Below are positions 56,679 to 64,000 of a stretch of DNA of 64,000 nt, in pieces. A program made the translations under genes and the position numbers. The DNA is from Firmicutes bacterium UBA3570. Lineage in GTDB: Bacteria; Bacillota; Sulfobacillia; UBA3561. Every line of letters begins with the position of its first letter. Position 1 is the first letter of the stretch. The notes under the pieces were generated by a model that was not told where the DNA came from, ran no database searches, and worked only from the letters and a program-made list of their open reading frames with translations. Where the stretch lies: positions 16,026-80,025 of the forward strand of contig DFNJ01000033.1 in the NCBI GenBank assembly GCA_002376005.1, read 5' to 3'.

Positions 56679-57860
56679 GTGGACCTCCGGGAGCAAGCGA
56701 GGAAGCTGAGGCAGGAGCTGGTACAGTTCCGGCGAGACCTGCACCGCCACCCGGAGCTGGGGATGCAGGAGGTGCGCACCTCGCGGAAGGTGCGGGAAGC
56801 GCTCCAGGGACTGGGGCTGGAGATCCGCCATCCGGTGGCCAACACGGGGGTGGTGGCCCTGCTCCGGGGGCGATCACCCTCTCCCGTGGTGGCCCTCCGG
56901 GCGGACATGGACGCCCTGCCCATCCAGGACCGAAAGGAGGTGCCTTATGCCTCCCAGGTCCCTGGGGTGATGCACGCTTGTGGCCACGACGGGCACACCA
57001 CCATACTGGTGGGAGTGGCCAGGATCCTGGCCGGGATGCGGGACCGACTCCCCGGATCGGTCAAATTCATCTTTCAGCCGGCGGAGGAGGGACCGGGGGG
57101 CGCACTCCCCATGATCGAGGAAGGGGCGCTGCGCGATCCGGATGTGGACTGGATCGTGGGCCTGCACCTTTCCCCCGAGTTGCCCGTTGGCAAGGTTGCG
57201 GTGCGGTACGGGGTAGCGGGGGCCGCGGCGGATGCATTTCGCCTGGTGGTTACCGGTGCGGGAGGTCACGGAGCAGCACCCCACCGGGCAGTGGACGCCA
57301 TAGCGGTGAGCGCCCAGTGTATCGCCGCCCTGCAGACTCTGGTGAGCCGCGAGGTGAATCCCACCGACCCGGTGGTGATCACCGTGGGCACCATACACGG
57401 CGGGTATCGGCATAATGTGATTGCCGACCGAGTGGTCATGGAGGGGACCATCCGTACCCTGGATCGGTCGGTCCGCGATGGGATTCCCGAACGCATGCGC
57501 CGGTTGCTGGGTGGTGTGGCGGAGGCCATGCGGGCCCGGATCGAGCTCGAGGTGGAGCGGGGGTACCCACCGCTGGTCAACGACGAACGGGTGGCGGCAG
57601 CGGTGCGCCGGTCGGCGGAAAAGATACTGGGGCCGGACAAGGTGGAGGTCCTGGACCGTCCCACCATGGGGGCGGAGGATTTCGCGTATTTCTTGGAGAG
57701 GGTACCGGGCTGTTTCTTCCGGTTGGGGGGCGGGAACGAGGAAAAGGGGATCATACATCCCGGCCACCATCCAGAGTACGATTTTGATGAGGAGGCCCTG
57801 GTGGTGGGAGTGGCGGTGATGAGTCAGGTGGTTCTGGATTTGCTGGGAGAAGGCGTCTGA
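56679..57860 (+). CDS. M20D family amidohydrolase
   Basis: RRDLHRHPEL, LRADMDALP, MHACGHDGH, FQPAEEG, GGHGA.PH, EDFA, HHP.YDFDE. Confidence 0.92.
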   Translation: MDLREQARKLRQELVQFRRDLHRHPELGMQEVRTSRKVREALQGLGLEIRHPVANTGVVALLRGRSPSPVVALRADMDALPIQDRKEVPYASQVPGVMHACGHDGHTTILVGVARILAGMRDRLPGSVKFIFQPAEEGPGGALPMIEEGALRDPDVDWIVGLHLSPELPVGKVAVRYGVAGAAADAFRLVVTGAGGHGAAPHRAVDAIAVSAQCIAALQTLVSREVNPTDPVVITVGTIHGGYRHNVIADRVVMEGTIRTLDRSVRDGIPERMRRLLGGVAEAMRARIELEVERGYPPLVNDERVAAAVRRSAEKILGPDKVEVLDRPTMGAEDFAYFLERVPGCFFRLGGGNEEKGIIHPGHHPEYDFDEEALVVGVAVMSQVVLDLLGEGV

Positions 57861-57929
57861 AGGAGGAAACGGGAGCAATCTGGAGAACTTCAAAGGATAC
57901 GGGTTACGCAGGGGGAAGGAAGGTTCAGG

Positions 57930-58397
57930 GTGACCGCTGGATCCTCGTCAGACGAAGTGTTACTGCGCTGGACGGTGCACCTGTTCAAGAGGCGGAAGCT
58001 GGTCTCCTTGCTGGTGGTGTTGGGAATTGTGGGTTCCACCGCGCTGGTCCACTGGGTTTACCCCTTTGCTCCCTTTACTGCCTTCGCCTTCCTGGTGCTG
58101 GTTTTCTCGGTAGCCACATACCTGTTCCCCGTGCACTACCGGCTGAGCAGCAGCGGGGTGGAGATGCGCACTTTGCTCAATCGCGAGAAGCGTTCGTGGG
58201 CCGACTTCGTCTGTTACGTGCGCTACCCGGATGGCGTGCAGCTGGCCTTCGATGCCCGCAACCTCAGAGGGCGCATTCTCAAAGGGATATTCCTGTTTTA
58301 TGACGAGGGCAAAGAACTTGAGCCGCGGATCATCTCCATTGTGGCGGAGCGCTTGCCGGAGGCGCGCGGGAGGAGTTCGGACCGCGGTGCCGAATAA
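57930..58397 (+). CDS. Hypothetical membrane protein (two TMs plus PH-like beta region)
   Basis: Two hydrophobic segments, then FP..Y.L...G...W pattern; GGAAGG upstream; PH-like fold is inference. Confidence 0.6.
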   Translation: MTAGSSSDEVLLRWTVHLFKRRKLVSLLVVLGIVGSTALVHWVYPFAPFTAFAFLVLVFSVATYLFPVHYRLSSSGVEMRTLLNREKRSWADFVCYVRYPDGVQLAFDARNLRGRILKGIFLFYDEGKELEPRIISIVAERLPEARGRSSDRGAE

Positions 58398-58564
58398 GGG
58401 TTTTTCAGACTAACAAGGGCGATTTATCTCGAAATCCTTCATTTTCGCAACTTCGTGGCCACTGGGGTCAGTTCGAAATGCTGTGAAAGTGACCGGCTCG
58501 TGTATCGTCCATTCGCCGGATGGTGCCGGGTACGGGCACTGCAGCTACGAAGGAGGGGGATAGA

Positions 58565-60472
58565 TTGGGAGATAGGGCTGACGTTAGAACAATCCTGGCC
58601 ACCGACGTGGGCAGCACCACCACCAAAGCCATCCTCATCGAGTGGAAGGATGGGGAATACCGCTTGGTGGGTCGCGGCGAGATGCCCACCACCGTGGAGG
58701 CCCCATGGGAGAACGTCATGATCGGGGTGCGCAAGGCTATTCGCCGCCTGGAGGAGGTGCTGGATCGCCGCTTCCTCGATGAGGGGGGCTTGCTCATCAG
58801 GCCGCGCACTAACGGCGAGGGAGTGGACTATTACGTCTCCACCTCCAGCGCCGGTGGTGGCCTGCAGATGATGGTGGCCGGGCTGGTCTCCAACATCAGT
58901 GCCACGTCCGCCCACCGCGCCGCCCTGGGAGCGGGGGCAGTGGTGCTTGACGTCATCGCCGTGGACGACGGGCGGTCCACGTCGGAGCAGATAACCAGGA
59001 TAACCGAGCTGCGGCCGGATATCATCCTGATGTCCGGAGGGGTGGACGGGGGATCGGTGGCGTACATCGCGGCCATTGCCGAGACCATCGTGCAGGCCAA
59101 TCCCCAGCCCCGGTTCGGCGCCACCTACAAGCTGCCCTTGGTTTACGCGGGCAACAAGGATGCTCAGGACATCGTGGAGTCCATCGCTGGCGGGGAGCTG
59201 GACGTCCACCTGGTGGAGAACCTGCGGCCGCGGCACGATGTAGAGAACCTGGGTCCCGCCCGGGAGGCGATCCACGAGCTGTTCATGAATCACGTGATGG
59301 CCCAGGCACCCGGGTACGCGGAGTTGATGGAATGGGTGGATGTCACCATCATGCCAACCCCCGGTGCCGTGGGACGCATCATCCAGGTGATGGCGGAGGA
59401 ATATGACGCCAACATCATCGGCGTCGACATTGGCGGTGCCACCACCGACGTCTTCTCCAGTTTCAACGGTGCCTTCACCCGTACGGTCAGCGCCAATCTG
59501 GGCATGTCCTACAGCATTTGCAACGTCCTGGAGGAAGCTGGTTTCGAGCGGATCCTCCGGTGGGTGCCCTTCGGGGTGGATGAGGAGCGTCTGGCCAACT
59601 GGATCGCCAACAAGATGATACGTCCCACCACCATTCCCCAGACCATGAAGCACCTGATCCTGGAGCAGGCCATCGCCCGCGAGGCCTTGCGGCTGTCCTT
59701 TGCTCACCACAAGTCGCTGGCCCGCAAGGTGGAGAAGGAGAAGCTCTCGGTGGCCTGGCGCAGCCAGCAGCAGCACCATCGAGTGACGGGCGAGGAAATC
59801 GTCAAGATGATGGAGCTGAACATGCTGGTTGGTTCAGGGGGCGTGCTGTCGCATGCGCCGCGACGGGAACAGGCGGCGGCCATGCTGATTGACGCATTCG
59901 AGCCGGAGGGAATCACCGAGCTGGCCGTGGACAGCATCTTCATGATGCCCCACCTGGGGGTTTTGTCGACCACCCATCCGGAGATCTCCGCCGAGGTCTT
60001 CGACAAGGACTGCCTGGTTCGCCTTGGTACCTGCATCGCGCCGGTGGGCGAGATGCGTCCCGGACGGCAGGCTCTGGACGTGAAGCTGGAGATGCCGGAC
60101 GGGGAGACGGTGGAGATGAAGGTCCAATGCGGACAGCTGGTGCGTGTTCCCCTGGCCGTGGGGCAGACCGCGCGGGCCACGATACAGCCGCTGGGAGGTC
60201 TGGACGTGGGTGCCGGCAGGAACCGGCAGCTGGTGGCGCAGGTACAGGGCGGTCTGGTGGGAGTGATCATTGACTGCCGTGGGCGTCCCCTCCGGTTACC
60301 CGAGGACCCGCAGGAGAGGATTCAGCGGCTGGAGCAGTGGTACAGCGCTCTCGATGTGTATCCCATGGAAAAGATTAAGGAGTATCAGGAGGAACATCCG
60401 ATAGAGGTGACGGTGAAGCGAAAGGAGGGTGAGAAGAAAGGTGGGTTCCTCTCTCGTCTCTTCCGACGGTAA
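58565..60472 (+). CDS. 'Glutamate mutase L' (GlmL/MutL PF13941-like) actin-fold ATPase, paralog 1
   Basis: TDVGSTTTK (phosphate-1), SSAGGGL, SGGVDGG, VDIGGATTDVFS (phosphate-2), GSGG; AGGAGG RBS before TTG 58565. Confidence 0.85.
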   Translation: MGDRADVRTILATDVGSTTTKAILIEWKDGEYRLVGRGEMPTTVEAPWENVMIGVRKAIRRLEEVLDRRFLDEGGLLIRPRTNGEGVDYYVSTSSAGGGLQMMVAGLVSNISATSAHRAALGAGAVVLDVIAVDDGRSTSEQITRITELRPDIILMSGGVDGGSVAYIAAIAETIVQANPQPRFGATYKLPLVYAGNKDAQDIVESIAGGELDVHLVENLRPRHDVENLGPAREAIHELFMNHVMAQAPGYAELMEWVDVTIMPTPGAVGRIIQVMAEEYDANIIGVDIGGATTDVFSSFNGAFTRTVSANLGMSYSICNVLEEAGFERILRWVPFGVDEERLANWIANKMIRPTTIPQTMKHLILEQAIAREALRLSFAHHKSLARKVEKEKLSVAWRSQQQHHRVTGEEIVKMMELNMLVGSGGVLSHAPRREQAAAMLIDAFEPEGITELAVDSIFMMPHLGVLSTTHPEISAEVFDKDCLVRLGTCIAPVGEMRPGRQALDVKLEMPDGETVEMKVQCGQLVRVPLAVGQTARATIQPLGGLDVGAGRNRQLVAQVQGGLVGVIIDCRGRPLRLPEDPQERIQRLEQWYSALDVYPMEKIKEYQEEHPIEVTVKRKEGEKKGGFLSRLFRR

Positions 60473-61793
60473 GTATAAGCTGACGCTCATCAGGAAGACC
60501 CGCAAGCTACCCCTGCCCGGTGAGGTACTGGTCAAGGAGGGGGACCGGGTCAAGCCCGACACTCCCATTGCTCGCATCACCCTGAAACCGGGCATTCCCT
60601 GGGTGGTGCCGGCGGCCCGGCTGTTGGGTATCGAGCCCGAGGATCTTCCCGATGCCATGCTCAAGCAGGTGGGCGATCACGTCAAGACCAAGGAGGTCAT
60701 TGCCCGAGCCAAGGCGGGACTGTACGGCCGAAAGGAGCTGGAGTCGCCCACCGACGGCATCATCGAGGATATCTCCAGCAAATCAGGCCGTATCGTGATA
60801 CGGGAGGAATTCGGCAAAGAAGAACCCCCGGTGAGCGTGGACGTGGCCTTCGAGCTGGGCTGCAGGCCCAAGGACGTACCCAAGTACCTGTTGCGCGGCG
60901 TGGGGCAGGAAGTGAAGCGAGGCCAGATCTTCGCGAAGAAGGGGGAGACGTCCGCGTTTTTCACCAAGACGGTCCGCGCGCCCATCTCGGGGATCATTGC
61001 CGACGTGGATGAAAAGACGGGATACGTGACCATCGCCAGGCCTTTCAAGGAGGTGGTGGTCAACGCGTACATCGACGGCGTGGTGAAGGAGGTCTTGCCC
61101 CGGCGGGGCGCGGTAATTGAGACGCCGGGCGTCCGCCTGACCGGGATCTTCGGGGTGGGGCGCGAGGCGCACGGGGAGATCAAGGTAGTGGTGGATTCTC
61201 CCGACGAAGTGCTCACCGAGGACAAGATCGACGACAGCTGCGCCGGCAAAGTGGTGGTGGGCGGATCGCTGGTCACCAACGAAGCCCTGCAGAAGGCCCT
61301 GCAGGTGGGCGTGAGAGGAGTGGTGGCGGCCACCGCCAGCTACCTCAACATCGTCAAATCCTTGGGGGTCAAGCTGGGGGTGGGCATCACGGGTCAGGAA
61401 GAGATCGACCTCACCCTCATCCTCATAGAAGGCTTCGGTCACCTGACCATGCGCACCTCGGTGTTTGAGGCCCTGAAGGCGCTGGAAGGCAAGTGGGCGT
61501 CCATCAACGGGGCCACCCAGATCCGTGCCGGTGCCATCCGTCCAGAGATCATAGTCACCTTCCCGGAGTATGAGGGGGAGCTGGCCGGGGAGGAGCTGGC
61601 GGACGAAGACCTGCAGGTGGGGCAGCGGGTGCGGGTCATCAACGAGCCCTACTTCGGAATGCTGGGTGAGATCATCGAGATCCCGCGTGAGCCCCAGGTG
61701 GTGCAGACCGAAGCCAAGGTACCGGTGGTGAGAGTGCGGCTGGAGGGTGGCGAGGAGATCCTGGTGCCCAGGGCCAACGTGGAGATCTTCTGA
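60429..61793 (+). CDS. Conserved hypothetical protein: repeated barrel-sandwich-hybrid motifs plus C-terminal KOW-like domain (start 60429 or 60441)
   Basis: GEVLVKEGDRV, KQVGDHV..SPTDGII, GVGQEV..APISGII, EGFG, GATQIRAG..RPE, VGQRVRVI..PYFG..GEI. Confidence 0.75.
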   Translation: MRRKVGSSLVSSDGKYKLTLIRKTRKLPLPGEVLVKEGDRVKPDTPIARITLKPGIPWVVPAARLLGIEPEDLPDAMLKQVGDHVKTKEVIARAKAGLYGRKELESPTDGIIEDISSKSGRIVIREEFGKEEPPVSVDVAFELGCRPKDVPKYLLRGVGQEVKRGQIFAKKGETSAFFTKTVRAPISGIIADVDEKTGYVTIARPFKEVVVNAYIDGVVKEVLPRRGAVIETPGVRLTGIFGVGREAHGEIKVVVDSPDEVLTEDKIDDSCAGKVVVGGSLVTNEALQKALQVGVRGVVAATASYLNIVKSLGVKLGVGITGQEEIDLTLILIEGFGHLTMRTSVFEALKALEGKWASINGATQIRAGAIRPEIIVTFPEYEGELAGEELADEDLQVGQRVRVINEPYFGMLGEIIEIPREPQVVQTEAKVPVVRVRLEGGEEILVPRANVEIF

Positions 61794-61844
61794 GTCCGGT
61801 ATATGGGCGCGGTGACTGGGGAAGACTGCCACCGTGATGGGGGG

Positions 61845-62168
61845 ATGACGGTGAGCACTTCGCCCGACAGGTGGGAACCGTTGAGCCCGCAGCGGCGGGA
61901 CGAAATACTGGAGCGGATAGCGCAACGGATCAAGCAATATGGGCTGATCACCCCGGCTGTGCTGTTCCTGGAGATGAACAAGCCGCTCACGTTCATCGCG
62001 AGCCAGGCTGTGCACTTCTTCTCGCCCATAGTGGGAGTGTTCATAGCCAACGTGGAAGAGTATGCTTACTTGATGGAAGATCGCGAGAACGTAGATCGCC
62101 TGATTCGGCGACTCGAAGAATTGGCGGAGGAAGAGGACAGAGAAAGAAGGCGAAAGCGAACTCGCTAG
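61845..62168 (+). CDS. Small conserved hypothetical helical protein
   Basis: PAVLFLEMNKPL.FIASQ...FFSP, EDRENVDRLI; sits between cluster genes. Confidence 0.65.
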   Translation: MTVSTSPDRWEPLSPQRRDEILERIAQRIKQYGLITPAVLFLEMNKPLTFIASQAVHFFSPIVGVFIANVEEYAYLMEDRENVDRLIRRLEELAEEEDRERRRKRTR

Positions 62169-62220
62169 ATCTGAGGCCTGACCAAGAGGCGGAAGTGCTT
62201 TTGGGAGAGGAGGTATCGGT

Positions 62221-64000
62221 GTGACACACTCTGAGCAGGCGAAGGTTCCTCGCCCCGAGGAGATTCGTTCCATCCTGGCCACCGACTGCGGCAGCACCAC
62301 CACGAAGGCGATACTCATTGAGAAGCGGGGTGACGAGTACCGCCTCATCGTGCGCGGGGAAGCGCCGACTACCGTCGAGGCCCCCTTTGAGGATGTAACC
62401 ATGGGGGCGCGGAACGCCATCCGGGAGGTGGAAGAGCTCACCGGCCGGGTGCTGCTGGACGACAAAGGGGTGATCACTCCTCAACGCGAGGACGGCAGCG
62501 GAGTTGATCTTTTCCTCTCCACCTCCAGCGCTGGCGGCGGCCTGCAGATGATGGTGGCTGGCGTGGTAAAGACCATGACGGCAGAGAGCGCACAGCGGGC
62601 GGCGCTGGGCGCGGGGGCCATAGTCATGGACGTCATCGCGGTGGACGACGGCCGCAGGCCGCATGAGAAGATCCAGCGGATTCGCAACCTCAGGCCCGAC
62701 ATGATCCTGCTTTCAGGGGGTATTGACGGAGGCACTATCACTCACGTGGTGGAGATCGGCGAGCTGATAGCTGCAGCCGAGCCCAAGCCGCGACTGGGCA
62801 TAGGGTTCAGGCTGCCCATCATATACGCTGGCAATCGAGAGGCCAGAAAGCACATTCAAGGTATCTTGGGTGAAAAAACCGATCTTCGCATCGTGGACAA
62901 CATCAGGCCGGTGCTGGAACAGGAAGTCCTTGGGCCGGCGCGCGAGGAAATCCACGAACTGTTCATGGAGCACGTGATGGCGCAGGCTCCCGGGTACAAC
63001 AAACTGATGTCGTGGACCCCCGTTCCCATCATGCCTACGCCGGGGGCAGTGGGCCTGATGATGCAGCAGACCGCCAAGGCCTTCGACATCAGCGTCATCG
63101 GGGTGGACATTGGCGGAGCCACCACCGACGTGTTCTCGGTGTTCGGTGAGTACTTCAACCGCACCGTGAGTGCCAATCTGGGCATGTCCTATAGCATATG
63201 CAACGTGCTGCTGGAGGCTGGCCTTGAGAACATCATGCGCTGGATTCCCTTCGAGATCGACGAGGCCGATCTGCGAAACCGGATTCGCAACAAGATGATT
63301 CGACCCACTACCATACCCCAGACGCTGGAGGAGCTGGTGATCGAACAGGCACTGGCCCGGGAGGCGCTGCGTCTGGCATTCGAGCACCATAAGAGTCTTG
63401 CCGTGGGGTTGCGCGGCGTGCAGCGGGAGCGCACCATCGCGGATACCTTCGAGCAGACTGGTTCCGGTGAGACTTACATCAACATGATGGAGCTGGGAAT
63501 GCTGGTGGGATCGGGGGGCGTTCTGTCGCATGCACCTCGCCGCGTGCAGGCGGCCATGATGCTAATTGACGCCTTCCAGCCCGAGGGCGTGACCATGCTG
63601 GCGGTGGACAGCATCTTCATGATGCCACAGCTGGGCGTTCTCTCCAAGGTGCATCCGCAAGCATCCATCCAGGTGTTCGATCGGGACTGCCTGATACGGC
63701 TCGGCACCTGCATTGCTCCCGCCGGGCAGGGCAAGGAAGGGGACCGGTGTGTGACGGTGGAGGTGGAGCTGCCGGACGGGCGGCGGCTGACGGAGGAAGT
63801 GCCCTACGGTTGCATGAGGCGCCTCCCGCTGGGTGAGGGCGAGGTCGCCCAGGTGGAGATTCACCCCACCCGCCGGTTCGATTGCGGGCGCGGCCCGGGC
63901 CATGTGGTCAAGAGAGAGGTCCAGGGGGGAGTGGTGGGGATAATCATCGATGCTCGCGGGCGTCCTCTGACCCTGCCCGAGAGTCCTGCGGAGCGCTCCG
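62221..64000 (+). CDS. 'Glutamate mutase L' actin-fold ATPase, paralog 2 (3'-partial; absent from ORF track because no stop is in the window)
   Basis: Read by hand: GGAGGT RBS, GTG 62221, MTHSEQ...ILATDCGSTTTKA, STSSAGGGLQMMVAG, VDIGGATTDVFS, DSIFMMPQLG; open to 64000. Confidence 0.85.
   Translation, partial: MTHSEQAKVPRPEEIRSILATDCGSTTTKAILIEKRGDEYRLIVRGEAPTTVEAPFEDVTMGARNAIREVEELTGRVLLDDKGVITPQREDGSGVDLFLSTSSAGGGLQMMVAGVVKTMTAESAQRAALGAGAIVMDVIAVDDGRRPHEKIQRIRNLRPDMILLSGGIDGGTITHVVEIGELIAAAEPKPRLGIGFRLPIIYAGNREARKHIQGILGEKTDLRIVDNIRPVLEQEVLGPAREEIHELFMEHVMAQAPGYNKLMSWTPVPIMPTPGAVGLMMQQTAKAFDISVIGVDIGGATTDVFSVFGEYFNRTVSANLGMSYSICNVLLEAGLENIMRWIPFEIDEADLRNRIRNKMIRPTTIPQTLEELVIEQALAREALRLAFEHHKSLAVGLRGVQRERTIADTFEQTGSGETYINMMELGMLVGSGGVLSHAPRRVQAAMMLIDAFQPEGVTMLAVDSIFMMPQLGVLSKVHPQASIQVFDRDCLIRLGTCIAPAGQGKEGDRCVTVEVELPDGRRLTEEVPYGCMRRLPLGEGEVAQVEIHPTRRFDCGRGPGHVVKREVQGGVVGIIIDARGRPLTLPESPAERS

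Noticed and set aside
58398-58564. Riboswitch upstream of the GlmL cluster
   Set aside because: Only short 5-6 bp hairpins; no cobalamin, c-di-GMP, glycine or other recognisable consensus
58565-64000. Repeat or mobile element explaining shared sequence between 58.6-60.3 kb and 62.2-64 kb
   Set aside because: Similarity is paralogous coding sequence with synonymous divergence; no CRISPR, IS, tRNA or rRNA signature was seen anywhere in the window

Overview
High-GC Bacillota (Firmicutes)-type chromosome segment. About 57 protein-coding genes could be supported, all on the + strand. No rRNA, tRNA, CRISPR, IS or prophage element was seen. Order: cell-wall polymer genes (O-antigen-ligase-like, csaB, tagA) and split transketolase; ftsE-ftsX-M23 coiled-coil hydrolase-S41 protease-MinJ-like PDZ-divergent polysaccharide deacetylase; a perfect sigma-A promoter followed by a structured ~100-nt RNA/terminator and an uncharacterised sugar operon (PGM/PMM, GT4, PMI-type cupin, (alpha/alpha)6 protein, BON, GH94 phosphorylase); uvrBAC; a cytoplasmic peptidoglycan-sugar recycling block (ROK kinase, namZ, nagZ, anmK); rapZ-yvcK-tnaA-whiA, where the apparent YvcK-tryptophanase fusion is explained by a +1 frameshift in a G8 run; a Rex operator followed by hdrCBA-flxDCBA-hepT-rex; cdaA-cdaR-glmM-glmS ribozyme-glmS-acpS-nnr-ydcC; a D-amino-acid/peptide catabolic cluster; and at the right end an uncharacterised cluster of two 'glutamate mutase L' actin-fold ATPase paralogs, one ending in a MinD/FtsA-like amphipathic tail, with accessory proteins. 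Best candidates for undescribed biology are the GlmL-paralog cluster, the leader RNA plus GT4/GH94 operon, and the Rex-controlled Hdr-Flx unit. Assignments come from motif recognition only; no database searches were run.
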